Made by a program: the position numbers and the translations under genes. DNA of 64,000 nt from Bdellovibrionales bacterium. Its GTDB lineage: Bacteria > Bdellovibrionota > Bdellovibrionia > Bdellovibrionales > UBA1609. The stretch's first letter is position 1. Each line of letters begins with the position of its first letter. Where the stretch lies: assembly GCA_027317865.1 (NCBI GenBank), contig DAHVQG010000001.1, forward strand, positions 224,001-288,000. The letters are read 5' to 3'. Shown here piece by piece: positions 19,250 through 29,613 of this stretch. The notes under the pieces were generated by a model, which had not been told where the DNA came from, made no database searches, and worked only from the letters and a program-made list of their open reading frames with translations.

Positions 19250-19788
19250 TGGCTGCCAATATTGATGATTCGGCCGCTTTGGCAAATTGGATCGCCCTTG
19301 CGCAAAACGGCGATCGATCGGCGTTTGAGTTTCTTATCGAGAATACCCAGTCTAAATTATTTAAATTTTGTTTTGTTTTGTCAGCAAACCGCGCGCAAGC
19401 CGACGACTTGTTGCAAGAAACCTATCTTCGCGCTTTGGTGAAAATTCATAAGCTCCGCGAACCGAACCAGTTTATGGCCTGGCTTTTTAGGATCGCAAAG
19501 AACGTGTATCTTGATCAATGGCGATCGCGAAAACTTCAAGGCCAGGCGATGAATAAAATTGCGGATTTGGCAGATAGTTCGCGTGACGAAGAGGCGACCC
19601 ATACAGTTGCGGTTCGCCAAGCGCTGTCTCAATTTGATCCAAAAGACCGCTATTTGCTGTCTCTAATTGATCTGGCGGAGTTCACCTATGCCGAGGCCGC
19701 CGACATTTTTGGCGAGTCCGAAGCGGCTGTAAAATCTAGGGTTTTTCGGCTTCGCAAAAGTTTTTTAAAAAAGTTAACGGGCGAATGA
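19249..19788 (+). CDS. ECF RNA polymerase sigma factor
   Basis: ADDLLQETYLRA, FMAWLFRIAKN, TYAEAA..VKSRVFR; TAATG coupling to upstream gene. Confidence 0.93.
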   Translation: MAANIDDSAALANWIALAQNGDRSAFEFLIENTQSKLFKFCFVLSANRAQADDLLQETYLRALVKIHKLREPNQFMAWLFRIAKNVYLDQWRSRKLQGQAMNKIADLADSSRDEEATHTVAVRQALSQFDPKDRYLLSLIDLAEFTYAEAADIFGESEAAVKSRVFRLRKSFLKKLTGE

Positions 19789-19844
19789 AACGATTCACAG
19801 CCCTCGCACGTCTTTAAAATAAACCGCACTTAACGGGAAAGTAT

Positions 19845-20426
19845 ATGAGCCAGGATAATCGAAATCAAATTGAGCAAATGCCCCAGCAAGAAATCGAAAG
19901 CTTGTCGAAAGCGGCTTTCGGGGCGGCGGCACAAAGGATTGAGCCGTCGTCATTTTTAAAGAGTCGAATTGTTCATCGTCTCGTTTTGAAGCAAAAGAGA
20001 AAGAATTTTTGGCAGGTTTTTGCCCCCGTAGCGTTTGGCGCTTTGGCGGTAGCATTTATTTTTAAATTCAACATGGGTGTGAGGCAAAAACCAATGGCGA
20101 TAGCGGCGGCGCTTGTAAATCGTAACTATGCTATTAATTTTATGTTTACGGCGCGGCAATTAGCGTCGGTAGGTTCTGTGGAGCTGCAATTGCCAAAGGG
20201 CGTGCAATTTAGGTCTAACAATCCGTTGGTGAATCGGTCGCATTTTTTACGTTTGGCGATTCATGCGCTCCATAAGAAAACCACGCTGCCGTTTGTGATT
20301 CGCGCATTAAGAAATGAGCAGGCCGTTTTAAAACTGAAAATGTTCGATCGCTCGGGCCGCGAAGTTGGCGATCGTGAAATGGCAGTCAATTTTGTTTCGA
20401 ACAATAAAAGTAATTCGGCTCTTTAG
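19845..20426 (+). CDS. Putative single-pass anti-sigma factor
   Basis: Directly after ECF; one TM helix; periplasmic beta-rich domain. Confidence 0.65.
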   Translation: MSQDNRNQIEQMPQQEIESLSKAAFGAAAQRIEPSSFLKSRIVHRLVLKQKRKNFWQVFAPVAFGALAVAFIFKFNMGVRQKPMAIAAALVNRNYAINFMFTARQLASVGSVELQLPKGVQFRSNNPLVNRSHFLRLAIHALHKKTTLPFVIRALRNEQAVLKLKMFDRSGREVGDREMAVNFVSNNKSNSAL

Positions 20427-20446
20427 AGCTGACAAGGAGGCAGGTT

Positions 20447-20851
20447 ATGAAAAAACTCGTTTTTGCAGCGGCAGTATGCTTCTGCTTTTCGCCCTTTGCA
20501 TACGGACAAATGTCGCTGGTTCCGGCGACCAGCTCAGACAGCCAAGCGTTTAATGATGCGGTTCAAGAGTCGCACGAAGCGGCACAGGCCGAAACACATG
20601 AGCAAGATGACAACGAGTTTAACCATGCCGTCGGCTTAGAAGTGGAAAAAGCGGCGTCGGTCGAGGGCCAAAAAGAGCGCGACGAACACTCCGATCGGTG
20701 GTCGGGTGAACTTAAAGAAAATGAAGAGCACGGCGAGCAAGAAAGTTCAACAATAGATGATTCGAACGTCCATGACGGTGCCGGCGTAGTTGGAACGGTA
20801 CGCGGCGGCGACGATGGTGGCGGCGACGGCTCTGCTCACCACGATAATTAA
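20447..20851 (+). CDS. Secreted acidic His-rich low-complexity protein
   Basis: AAGGAGG RBS, signal peptide, D/E/H-rich, ends GDGSAHHDN. Confidence 0.75.
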   Translation: MKKLVFAAAVCFCFSPFAYGQMSLVPATSSDSQAFNDAVQESHEAAQAETHEQDDNEFNHAVGLEVEKAASVEGQKERDEHSDRWSGELKENEEHGEQESSTIDDSNVHDGAGVVGTVRGGDDGGGDGSAHHDN

Positions 20852-20880
20852 TTTCTAATTTCTGAAGCTTTTGAAGGCGT

Positions 20881-20923
20881 CTCGCTCGTCGGTCACCCCA
20901 CAGATCGGCGGGCGAGTTTTTTT
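20881..20923 (+). terminator. Rho-independent terminator
   Basis: 14-bp stem with GU pairs (CTCGCTCGTCGGTC/GATCGGCGGGCGAG) followed by T7. Confidence 0.8.
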
Positions 20924-20967
20924 GTTATCGTGACTTCTTCAGCCGCGCAGTTTAGTATTGTTGAGCT

Positions 20968-22308
20968 ATGATTTTACAAAATTGGTGGTTTACAAGCCTA
21001 CTCCCACAAAATTTTCCGCCTATTCAGCCCCTAAGACACGACATCAAAGTCGACGTGCTCATTGTTGGCGGGGGCATGACCGGAATGAGCGCGGCGGCCG
21101 CGTTTTTAGAAAAGGGCTTCAAAGTGGCCGTGATCGAGCGCAACGTTTTCGGCGGCAGTAGCACCGGTCGAAGCGCAGGTTTTTTGACTCCCGATAGCGA
21201 ATTGGAACTCAGCCAGCTCGAACGGCGTTTTGGTAATGAAGGGGCGAAAAAAATTTGGCAAGTTCCCGTGTCGGGAATCAATTTGATCGTTGAGCGTGTT
21301 AAAAAATACGATTTGCAGTGCGACTTAATTAAACAAGACAGTCTGTTTGTCGGTATTGGCAAAGACGGGGTCTCCGCGATCAAAGAAGAAAAAGAAGCGC
21401 GCTCGCGCGTCGGGTTTGATTCGATAGTTTACGATAAGTCGCAACTCGAAAATGTGTTGGGCAGCAAGAACTATGAGGCCGCCGTTCGTTACGGTAATAC
21501 GTACGGAATTTCAGCCCTCCAATATGTGCAAAACATGAAGCGCATTTTAATCGACGGTGGGATACAAGTTTATGAAGCGACAGAAGCGCAGCGAATAAAA
21601 GACCATACGGTTTATACGCACGCCGGTAGCGTTACCGCAGACAAAATCATTGTTGCCATCGATAAAATAAAACCGTCATTAACTCGATACAGCCGCGAAG
21701 TGTTTCACGCGCAAACGTTTCTTTCGATTAGCGAACCTTTGAGCGATGAAGATTATAAAAATCTGTTCCCGTCGGGCGAACAGTTTCAATGCTGGGATAG
21801 CACGCTTGTTTACTCGTATTGGCGGCTGACCGGGACAAGGCGGCTATTGTTAGGCGGCGGCAGCGCCATGACGACATTCATGGCTCAATGGGACAACAAA
21901 GAGAAAGTGATCGATGCTGTTATAAAAGGGTTTAAGGCGCGCTTTCCAGCTCTGAAGAAACTCGAATTTATTCAATACTGGCCGGGGCAAATCGATACAA
22001 CGCGCGACCTGCTGCCCACGGTTGTTCGTGATGCAGAGGCTCCGCATATTCACTATGCGTTTGGAATTGTCGGATTGCCATGGGCGAGTTTTTGCGGCGA
22101 CTTTTTAGCGCGGGTTATTTTGGGCACGGCTGAAAAAGATGAAATGGAATACTTTTCGTATTTTTCGGACCGGCGCTATTTTGCGCTACCGACTTCGGTG
22201 CAACGGCTCGTCGGCAAGCCCTTTTTATTTTCAATGAATAATTTCTGGGCGAAATACTATCAAGTCGATGTTAAGCGCCAGCTTAAATTCAATCCAAACG
22301 ATTTTTAA
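20968..22308 (+). CDS. FAD-dependent oxidoreductase (DadA/PuuB-like)
   Basis: VLIVGGGMTG, GGSSTGRSAG, RLLLGGG, YWPG. Confidence 0.88.
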   Translation: MILQNWWFTSLLPQNFPPIQPLRHDIKVDVLIVGGGMTGMSAAAAFLEKGFKVAVIERNVFGGSSTGRSAGFLTPDSELELSQLERRFGNEGAKKIWQVPVSGINLIVERVKKYDLQCDLIKQDSLFVGIGKDGVSAIKEEKEARSRVGFDSIVYDKSQLENVLGSKNYEAAVRYGNTYGISALQYVQNMKRILIDGGIQVYEATEAQRIKDHTVYTHAGSVTADKIIVAIDKIKPSLTRYSREVFHAQTFLSISEPLSDEDYKNLFPSGEQFQCWDSTLVYSYWRLTGTRRLLLGGGSAMTTFMAQWDNKEKVIDAVIKGFKARFPALKKLEFIQYWPGQIDTTRDLLPTVVRDAEAPHIHYAFGIVGLPWASFCGDFLARVILGTAEKDEMEYFSYFSDRRYFALPTSVQRLVGKPFLFSMNNFWAKYYQVDVKRQLKFNPNDF

Positions 22309-22320
22309 AGTCTTTGCGAA

Positions 22321-22824
22321 TTAATAGCGCGAGCACGTCAAAACTGCATCCGGCGCTGTGGTCGGATGGGGATTGGGTTCGGCAAGCCACATTTGCAATT
22401 GAAGGCCTGCCGTGGTCGGGCTCATGATCGTGTTTTCGTAAAATGTCTGCCCCTGTTGAACCGTTGTAACGTTCGTTACAAGTTGACCTTTTTCACAAAG
22501 TGTTTGCGAAGTAGTTATGATTTTGCCGACTTGCGGGTCATTGTACGTTTCTGAAACTGGAGGTGCGCCAGGGATAACTTGCGAATTCGACCCCGTACCG
22601 TCACTAAAAGTTTCGGCGACCTGATAATCGTTGCCGTTTTGCCCGATTTGTATTGTTGACGGAAATATTGCGGCCATTGCGGTCGCATGACAGTTCACAT
22701 ATGTTCCGGCGAGATTAGGACAAACGTTCGAAACTGCAACCGTAATGGCGTTTGCTTGAATGCCAAGTGCGGCCAAAGCAAAAGCCGAAAAAACAACCAA
22801 AATGGCAAGTCGCAAGGATTTCAT
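22321..22824 (-). CDS. Secreted hypothetical protein
   Basis: Signal peptide; CPNLAGTY.C; four Cys. Confidence 0.7.
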   Translation of the reverse strand: MKSLRLAILVVFSAFALAALGIQANAITVAVSNVCPNLAGTYVNCHATAMAAIFPSTIQIGQNGNDYQVAETFSDGTGSNSQVIPGAPPVSETYNDPQVGKIITTSQTLCEKGQLVTNVTTVQQGQTFYENTIMSPTTAGLQLQMWLAEPNPHPTTAPDAVLTCSRY

Positions 22825-22915
22825 AATGATTTACCCCCTAAGATTGCCGCGACCTATAGCATGGGTTGGTAAACGAGTCTACTCGTGCATTGCCGAGCGT
22901 CTACTGATGCCCGCT

Positions 22916-23815
22916 TTATTTAGAGGCGATTAGCGTGGCTCGTGCTGATTGAGCACGTTTTTTGAGCTCTTTGTCTACTGTTGGGTACCCGAGCTTCAGC
23001 GCGGCAATTGAGTGCGTCACGACTTCGGCAACTAGAGTTCGCGCGGCCCATTTATAATCGGCGGGAATGACAAACCACGGTGCCCAAGCCGTGTTTGTTT
23101 CTGAAATTGCTTCTTCGTAAGCCCCTTTATAATCGTCCCAATAACCGCGTTCGCTAAGATCCGATGGCGAAAACTTCCAAAGTTTTTCTTTGTCGTCGAG
23201 GCGGGCAAGAAGTCTACGCTTCTGTTCGTCTTTCGAAATATGTAAGAAAAATTTTAAAATCACCGTACCGTTTCGTGAGAGGTGGCGTTCGAAGGCATTG
23301 ATGTCGTCGTAGCGCGACCTCCAAAAATCGTTGCGATTTTTCAATCGAAGATGCTCTTTTGTCAACCACTCCGGGTGCACTTTGACTGCAACGACGTCTT
23401 CGTAATAAGAGCGATTAAAAATCGCGATACGTCCGCGCTCCGGAACGACTAACCCATGTCGCCAAAGAAAGGAGTGCTCCAGTTCATGGGACGTGGGTTG
23501 TTTGAAACTGTGCACGGAGCAGCCCTGAGGGTTGACTCCCGACATGACGTGTTTAATGGTTCCGTCTTTTCCGGCTGTATCCATGCCTTGCAAAATGATT
23601 AAAATGGCATGAGCGTCGCTCGCATAAAGTAGCTCTTGCGCCTCAGCGAGTTCTTGCACATTTTTCTTAAGAATCTTTTTTGCTTCGTCTTTCAGTTTTG
23701 TCAGATCTTGGGTTTTAAGTTCTTTAGCGTGTACCCAGTCGGTCGCGATATGCTTGAGGCGCACATTCGTGCCCACTTTAACTTTGAGTCTTTTGATGTC
23801 TTGATTATCTAGCAT
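22916..23815 (-). CDS. ppk2: Polyphosphate kinase 2 family protein
   Basis: QGMDTAGKDG, FNRSYYEDV, APWFVIPAD.KW. Confidence 0.93.
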   Translation of the reverse strand: MLDNQDIKRLKVKVGTNVRLKHIATDWVHAKELKTQDLTKLKDEAKKILKKNVQELAEAQELLYASDAHAILIILQGMDTAGKDGTIKHVMSGVNPQGCSVHSFKQPTSHELEHSFLWRHGLVVPERGRIAIFNRSYYEDVVAVKVHPEWLTKEHLRLKNRNDFWRSRYDDINAFERHLSRNGTVILKFFLHISKDEQKRRLLARLDDKEKLWKFSPSDLSERGYWDDYKGAYEEAISETNTAWAPWFVIPADYKWAARTLVAEVVTHSIAALKLGYPTVDKELKKRAQSARATLIASK

Positions 23816-23829
23816 TTGAAATAACCCAG

Positions 23830-24534
23830 TTATGAACCGGCCGGAACGTCAAGACCGCGTTGTACTGCCGGGCGAGCTAAAAATTTCTCCATCGCTTTTT
23901 GCACATTTGAATATTCATTTATTCCGATCAGGTCACCGGCACCGTAAAAAGCGGTTATTGTGCGCACCCACGGGAAAATGGCCATATCAGCAATTGTGTA
24001 TTCGTCACCGGCCATCCACTGATGTGTACCCAAATGACCGTCGAGTACGCCCAGTATCCGCTTGGATTCGGCCAAATAGCGATCGCGCGGACGTTTATCT
24101 TCTATTTCTTTGCCTGCAAATTTCACGAAAAAACCGAGTTGCCCAAACATCGGGCCGACACTACCCATTTGAAACATCAACCATTGAATCGTTTGATAGC
24201 GTTTGTGAGGGTCTTTAGGTAAAAATTTACCGGTCTTTTCGGCTAAATAAATCAGAATCGCACCCGACTCAAAAAGCGGCAGTGGTTTACCGGCAGGACC
24301 ATTCGGATCTAAAATCGCGGGAATTTTATTGTTTGGATTAAGCGACAAAAACTCAGGCGAAAATTGATCGCGCTGATCAAATCTCACCATATGGGCTTCG
24401 TACGGTACGCCGGCTTCTTCAAGCATGACCGAAACTTTGATCCCGTTCGGAGTCGGTAATGAATACAGTTGCAGGCGATCGGGATATTTCGGCGGCCATT
24501 TTTTAGTTATCTGAAAAGCGGAAAGGTCTGGCAT
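23830..24534 (-). CDS. Glutathione S-transferase (YfcG/YghU-like)
   Basis: YSLPTPNGIKV, LNPNNKIPAI, FESGAIL. Confidence 0.93.
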   Translation of the reverse strand: MPDLSAFQITKKWPPKYPDRLQLYSLPTPNGIKVSVMLEEAGVPYEAHMVRFDQRDQFSPEFLSLNPNNKIPAILDPNGPAGKPLPLFESGAILIYLAEKTGKFLPKDPHKRYQTIQWLMFQMGSVGPMFGQLGFFVKFAGKEIEDKRPRDRYLAESKRILGVLDGHLGTHQWMAGDEYTIADMAIFPWVRTITAFYGAGDLIGINEYSNVQKAMEKFLARPAVQRGLDVPAGS

Positions 24535-24633
24535 TTCAAAATCTCCTTTATTTAACTTTATACTACTGCTCTGGGCTCACATATTGTACTTATTTAAGTG
24601 GCGTTAGATTTTCAGACAGGCGCGGCGTTAAAG

Positions 24634-25074
24634 ATGGATTCAAAACTCGTACGGGTTATAATTATTTTTCTGGCCATTTCGGTGGTTGCATTTGTTTCCA
24701 CAAGGTTTCTAGGAATCCATTTCGGCACAAACGATTTTTGGGATTATCACGGTGTTCTTTTTTTAATAGCCATCACCTTTTTTCCGCGGCTCACGCTTCT
24801 GTTTTCAAGTGTTCCTTTTGGAGGGATATTTTGGTGGTTAGGATGGCTTTTTGCCCCGCGTATTCTTGTGGCGATATTGGCAACGATTACCTATTGGAAT
24901 AGTAATCCTATTCTTGTTACTCTTTCATGGCTGATCGCAATTGGCCTTGAAAGTTCCGAAAAGAGATTCGTCATCTATCGAACGCGCCGGGTGCGAACGG
25001 ATGGGGCCGATCGGCAACGTGATGTTGGGCCGAGCAGCGAGATTATCGATGTTACGCCCACGCATAAGGAGTAA
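24634..25074 (+). CDS. Hypothetical membrane protein
   Basis: Several TM helices with duplicated (F/A)PR(L/I) motif. Confidence 0.7.
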   Translation: MDSKLVRVIIIFLAISVVAFVSTRFLGIHFGTNDFWDYHGVLFLIAITFFPRLTLLFSSVPFGGIFWWLGWLFAPRILVAILATITYWNSNPILVTLSWLIAIGLESSEKRFVIYRTRRVRTDGADRQRDVGPSSEIIDVTPTHKE

Positions 25075-25075
25075 T

Positions 25076-26908
25076 ATGTTTACGTCTCTTGAACTTGGAA
25101 CGGAACCGCCAAATCTACCCCGTCAACCGTTTCGGTTTGTTCTTTATTTTTTGAAATTCTATTGGGTTGCGCTACTGGTGATGCTTCTTATGGAAATCGG
25201 CCAGGCGACGTGTCAGATTTTGATCCCGTACGCCGTAAAAGAAATCATCGATCTCGGCTCGCAACTTCACGGAACATTCGCCGAAGCGCTTGCGCAACTT
25301 AAACCGGCTATTGTTTTGTTTATTGCATTGAGTATTGGGATTCTCGTATTCAGTCGCATTAGCGGCGGATTACTCGTCATGACGGGCCCTTCATTGCGTC
25401 GCCGCGTGCGATACTCGATTTATCATTATCTACAATATCACTCCCAAAAGTTTTTTATCAGCCATTTTGCCGGTTCTCTGGCAAATCGGGTTTCAGAAGT
25501 TTCTATGGGAGTGAACCACGTTCTTTGGACGATTCTTTTTGATTTCGTACCGGTCACGGTGACTTTTAGTGTGTCGTTATTTTTATTGTATAAGGCAAAC
25601 GCGGAGTTGGCGTGGCTGCTCGGCGCATGGGTATTGTTCTACATCGTGACCTCGTTTGTGCTGGCGATTCGTTGCAAAGGCTATGCGAAAAAATGGGCGG
25701 CAACACGCAGCACAGTGACCGGAAAAATCGTCGATAGCGTGACAAACGTACTCAACACGAAATTATTCGCGCGGTTGAATTATGAGCGCAAATATTTGGC
25801 CGACTATTTAAATCTCGAGGTTAAAACGGCGCGTAAGACCTTATGGTACATGGAGGGCATGCGGTGGTTTCAGTTTATCGCCACGATGGCTCTTCAGGTG
25901 GCTATGATCATCATGGCGATGCGCTTTTGGATAACGGGCAAAATGAGCGTGGGTTCATTTGCGATGGTTACGAGTTTAGCGCTTCTCATCATCAACGAAG
26001 CTCGCGGTTTGAGCCGACGTTTTCTCGATTTCTTTGAATACGTCGGCAATGTTGCGGATGGCGTTAGTATTATCGTAAGACCGCACGAAGTCGTCGATTT
26101 GTCTGCGGCCAAACCGATTGTCGTGAAAGAAGGTAAAGTTGAGTACGATCACGTCACATTTAAATATGACGACAAAGCCAAGCCGGTGTTTTCGAATTTG
26201 TCGGTAACGATCGAACCTGGGCAACGGATAGGATTGGTTGGCTTTTCAGGCTCCGGCAAGACGTCTTTTGTGAACCTAATTTTACGAATGTACGATCTTC
26301 AGTCGGGAATGATTCGCATTGACGGTCAGGATATTTCTCAGTGTACGCAAGATAGTTTGCGCGAACAAATCAGTATGATCCCACAAGAACCGATGTTGTT
26401 TCACCGGTCGCTCATGGATAATATCCGTTACGGCTCAATTGGCGCTACTGACGACGACGTAATAGCGGCGGCCAAAGCGGCGCGTGCTCATGAGTTTATC
26501 ATGGACCTCCCAGAAAAATACGAGTCGTTGGTTGGTGAGCGTGGCGTGAAATTATCCGGCGGCCAGCGCCAACGAATTGCCATCGCACGCGCGATACTCA
26601 AAAACGCACCGATACTGATGTTGGATGAAGCCACATCCAGCCTCGATTCCGTGACTGAAAAAGCCATACAGAGTTCGCTTGAAACATTAATGAAAAATCG
26701 CACGGTCATTGTTGTTGCGCATAGACTTTCGACAATTTCTTATCTTGATCGCATTTTAGTTTTTCATCAGGGTGAAGTCATTGAAGATGGAAATCATGAT
26801 GAACTTTTACGTCGAAATGGTCATTACGCGCGACTGTGGCGAATGCAAGTAGGAGGATTCTTGCCCGAAAGGGAAACTCCGTCGGTCGTTACCGAGCGAG
26901 AAGCGTGA
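25076..26908 (+). CDS. ABC transporter fused permease/ATPase
   Basis: GFSGSGKT, LSGGQRQR, LDEATSSLD; N-terminal TM domain; AAGGAG RBS. Confidence 0.95.
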   Translation: MFTSLELGTEPPNLPRQPFRFVLYFLKFYWVALLVMLLMEIGQATCQILIPYAVKEIIDLGSQLHGTFAEALAQLKPAIVLFIALSIGILVFSRISGGLLVMTGPSLRRRVRYSIYHYLQYHSQKFFISHFAGSLANRVSEVSMGVNHVLWTILFDFVPVTVTFSVSLFLLYKANAELAWLLGAWVLFYIVTSFVLAIRCKGYAKKWAATRSTVTGKIVDSVTNVLNTKLFARLNYERKYLADYLNLEVKTARKTLWYMEGMRWFQFIATMALQVAMIIMAMRFWITGKMSVGSFAMVTSLALLIINEARGLSRRFLDFFEYVGNVADGVSIIVRPHEVVDLSAAKPIVVKEGKVEYDHVTFKYDDKAKPVFSNLSVTIEPGQRIGLVGFSGSGKTSFVNLILRMYDLQSGMIRIDGQDISQCTQDSLREQISMIPQEPMLFHRSLMDNIRYGSIGATDDDVIAAAKAARAHEFIMDLPEKYESLVGERGVKLSGGQRQRIAIARAILKNAPILMLDEATSSLDSVTEKAIQSSLETLMKNRTVIVVAHRLSTISYLDRILVFHQGEVIEDGNHDELLRRNGHYARLWRMQVGGFLPERETPSVVTEREA

Positions 26909-26928
26909 CCATTTTATATCGGCGCGGC

Positions 26929-27504
26929 TTATTTATAGCCGATTAGTAAAGCGTTGCATTCTTTTTGTAACAAACCACCGTGAATTTCGATGGTCGAAAA
27001 TGTCGCTCGGGCCGCTATGTCAGCTGCTCGAATATCGATTTGCGAAAAGCCTTGTTGTTGAAGAAATAACATCGAACTGCCAAAATACACTCGCGGGATG
27101 CCGGCCCAGATGATCGCCGATAGGCACATCGGGCACGGTTCGACTGTGGAGTACAAAACCAAATCTTTCCAATAAACGTTTTGTTTTCGTGCGACTTTTT
27201 GAATCGCCACAATTTCAGCATGCAGTGTCGGGTCGAGATGTGCGTCGTTCGCGGCGCCGGTTAAAATTTTGCCAGTCAACGAGTCAACAATTACCGCTCC
27301 CATCGGGTAGTTTCGGGAGAGGCGAGCTTCACGAATCGCGTGCCGCATAAGTTGTTCGTGATCAAGGGTTGAACTGTTCGATGGAGATTGGGCAGGCATT
27401 ACCGTTGGTAACATTGCCATAGTTCGAATCGGAGCCGCAGCGGCATTGTTCAACAGGACAATGAATAGTAAAATCGCGGCAAATATTAAGGTTAAAATGC
27501 CCAT
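26929..27504 (-). CDS. Nucleoside/nucleotide deaminase with N-terminal signal peptide
   Basis: HAE and EPCPMC Zn motifs; hydrophobic leader ending AAAA. Confidence 0.88.
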   Translation of the reverse strand: MGILTLIFAAILLFIVLLNNAAAAPIRTMAMLPTVMPAQSPSNSSTLDHEQLMRHAIREARLSRNYPMGAVIVDSLTGKILTGAANDAHLDPTLHAEIVAIQKVARKQNVYWKDLVLYSTVEPCPMCLSAIIWAGIPRVYFGSSMLFLQQQGFSQIDIRAADIAARATFSTIEIHGGLLQKECNALLIGYK

Positions 27505-27556
27505 ATTAAAGGACCAATTGCCTGCGCGCCACCGTACTGTCATGCCATAGTTCTAC

Positions 27557-27572
27557 TGCAAGAACGCGGCCA
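27557..27572 (-). promoter_or_regulatory. Putative sigma54 promoter of the deaminase gene
   Basis: TGGCCGCGTTCTTGCA (GG-N10-GC). Confidence 0.55.
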
Positions 27573-27666
27573 CAGGTTTACGTGGAGATAGTCATCGTTT
27601 TGATATGCTGATGTGGTATCGAAAACAGAGCTTACTAAAGGCCGTATAATTTAGTAAAAGTCTCTC

Positions 27667-28920
27667 GTGAAAAAAGGTTTAGTGAATTCGAAAGGCTTTC
27701 AAAAGTGGCAAAGCGGCCACCCCTGGCTCTATGCAACCGATATTCTGCATAAAAAGAACTTGCCGCAACGGCCATCCCTAGTTTTTTTTGGCGAGAACTG
27801 GTGGTTTTGTTCGCCTAAGAGTTTTTTGCGGCTGCGGCGTTTTGGTCCTTTGCAACCACAGTGGATGAAGAATTCTCGTCTTGAGGTCATAACGAATGCG
27901 GACCAGTTTCGATCTTATTTTGGAGAATGGCTCGCGCGTCATTTAACCGAGACGCTTGAAAGTAAAATGAGCGCAGTATTAAAGCCCGGTGATGATATCG
28001 TGCTTCGATGGATATTTTCTGAAGCCGATTTGTTACCTGGGCTGACCGTGGATATTTTTGATGACACCGTGATTTGCCAAATTACAACGGCTCCCATTGA
28101 ATTGTTTTGGTTGGCGCTTCGCGAACTTATTTCGGCCGCATTTGCTGCACGTTTTGGTTATGAGCCGAAAATTTTTGAACTCCGAAATTCGCCTGCGCGG
28201 CTGAAGGAGGGTCTTGAAGTGATCGCGCCGGCAGAAAGGCAACACGGCACACCGTTTGATACTTCGAGTAGACCGTTGAGATGGAACGGATACAAGTGGC
28301 AATTTCAACTTGACCGGCCAACGCAGAAAACTGGGGCGTATCTTGATCAACGCGACAATCACTTGCGCGCGGCGGAAATCGCAAAGTCGTTTGGGTTTAA
28401 AACAGCTTGGGACGGCTTTTGTTATCAAGGAGGATTTACCATTCATCTGCTCGGCAAAGGTTTAACGGTTACGGCCGTGGACCAGTCGCAAGAGGCACTT
28501 GAAGTTCTCAAAAAAAATTTAATTTTAAATAACTTGCCACCGAGCCACTGTGACATTGTAAGGGCCGATGCCTTCGAATGGCTACGTGAGCAACAAGCAA
28601 ACGGTCGTACGGCGGATCTTATAATTCTTGATCCACCAAGTTTTGTAAAATCAAGAGAGGTCCTTACCGCTGCACGTAAGGGTTATCTTGAGCTCAACCG
28701 GTTGGCGTTTGAGTGTTTGTCGGCCCATGGTGTATTGGTCTCGTGTGTCTGTTCACATCACATGCGGCCCGACGACTATAAAAAGGTTTTGGAAGCTGCG
28801 GCTGCGCCGAACAAAATTGAAATTTTACAGGTGCACGGTCCAAGCGCGGATCATCCGGTGTTACGGGAATTCCCAGAGGGCGACTATCTGCATGCGTGGT
28901 TTGTGCGTATTGTAACCTAG
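27667..28920 (+). CDS. RlmI-like class I SAM-dependent rRNA methyltransferase
   Basis: GHPWLY, QKTGAYLDQR, FCYQGGF, IILDPPSF, DHPV...PEGDYL. Confidence 0.9.
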   Translation: MKKGLVNSKGFQKWQSGHPWLYATDILHKKNLPQRPSLVFFGENWWFCSPKSFLRLRRFGPLQPQWMKNSRLEVITNADQFRSYFGEWLARHLTETLESKMSAVLKPGDDIVLRWIFSEADLLPGLTVDIFDDTVICQITTAPIELFWLALRELISAAFAARFGYEPKIFELRNSPARLKEGLEVIAPAERQHGTPFDTSSRPLRWNGYKWQFQLDRPTQKTGAYLDQRDNHLRAAEIAKSFGFKTAWDGFCYQGGFTIHLLGKGLTVTAVDQSQEALEVLKKNLILNNLPPSHCDIVRADAFEWLREQQANGRTADLIILDPPSFVKSREVLTAARKGYLELNRLAFECLSAHGVLVSCVCSHHMRPDDYKKVLEAAAAPNKIEILQVHGPSADHPVLREFPEGDYLHAWFVRIVT

Positions 28921-28926
28921 TCGCGA

Positions 28927-29592
28927 TTATGAATAAGACGTTGAGACAACAACGTTGTTTGTAACTTTGTGCACGCCCGACGTGCCGAGCGCGGCCCATT
29001 CCGCTTCGTTTTTTTCGCTCCACGAGTCAACTTTTCCGCTGAGAACGACTTCGCCGCCATTTTTGACTTCGATACGAATGCGACTCGCGTCTTTTTCAGC
29101 ATGACGATGTAGCGCCCGCTTGATTTGTGATTGAATGTCTTTGACGGCCGCCGCCGGTTCAATCGTAATATCATTTGTTACGCCCCTGACACCCGTCAAT
29201 CCTTTTACGGCGCTTTCAGCGGCCTGCCTTTGATAATCGCCTTTAACCTTGCCGGTTAAAGTGATCCAGCCGTTTTCAACACCGATTTTGATCGATTCTT
29301 CGGGAACCCAAACATTCCACTTGATGGCGTTAATTGCCGCTTCAGCAATGTCCCGATCGTCTTTTACAAATCCATCCGTCAACTTCACATCAATTTTATT
29401 TACGACAGCCGACACGCCCTTAACCTTTCTGGCGGCTTCTTCGGCCGCCCACTTTTCTGCGTACGATGGTACTGTACCGCCGAGAGTAATGATGCCATTA
29501 CTTGCGCTCACTCCGATATCACCTTCGTTAATACGCGGATCCCATCGCAGTTCTTCGTAAACGTCTCGCTGTAGATCAGTATTCGACTTCAT
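28927..29592 (-). CDS. Triple BON-domain (OsmY-like) protein
   Basis: Three repeats of G.(I/V).L.G.V....GV..V.N. Confidence 0.92.
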   Translation of the reverse strand: MKSNTDLQRDVYEELRWDPRINEGDIGVSASNGIITLGGTVPSYAEKWAAEEAARKVKGVSAVVNKIDVKLTDGFVKDDRDIAEAAINAIKWNVWVPEESIKIGVENGWITLTGKVKGDYQRQAAESAVKGLTGVRGVTNDITIEPAAAVKDIQSQIKRALHRHAEKDASRIRIEVKNGGEVVLSGKVDSWSEKNEAEWAALGTSGVHKVTNNVVVSTSYS

Positions 29593-29613
29593 TAGTATAA
29601 AAACCCAAAATAA

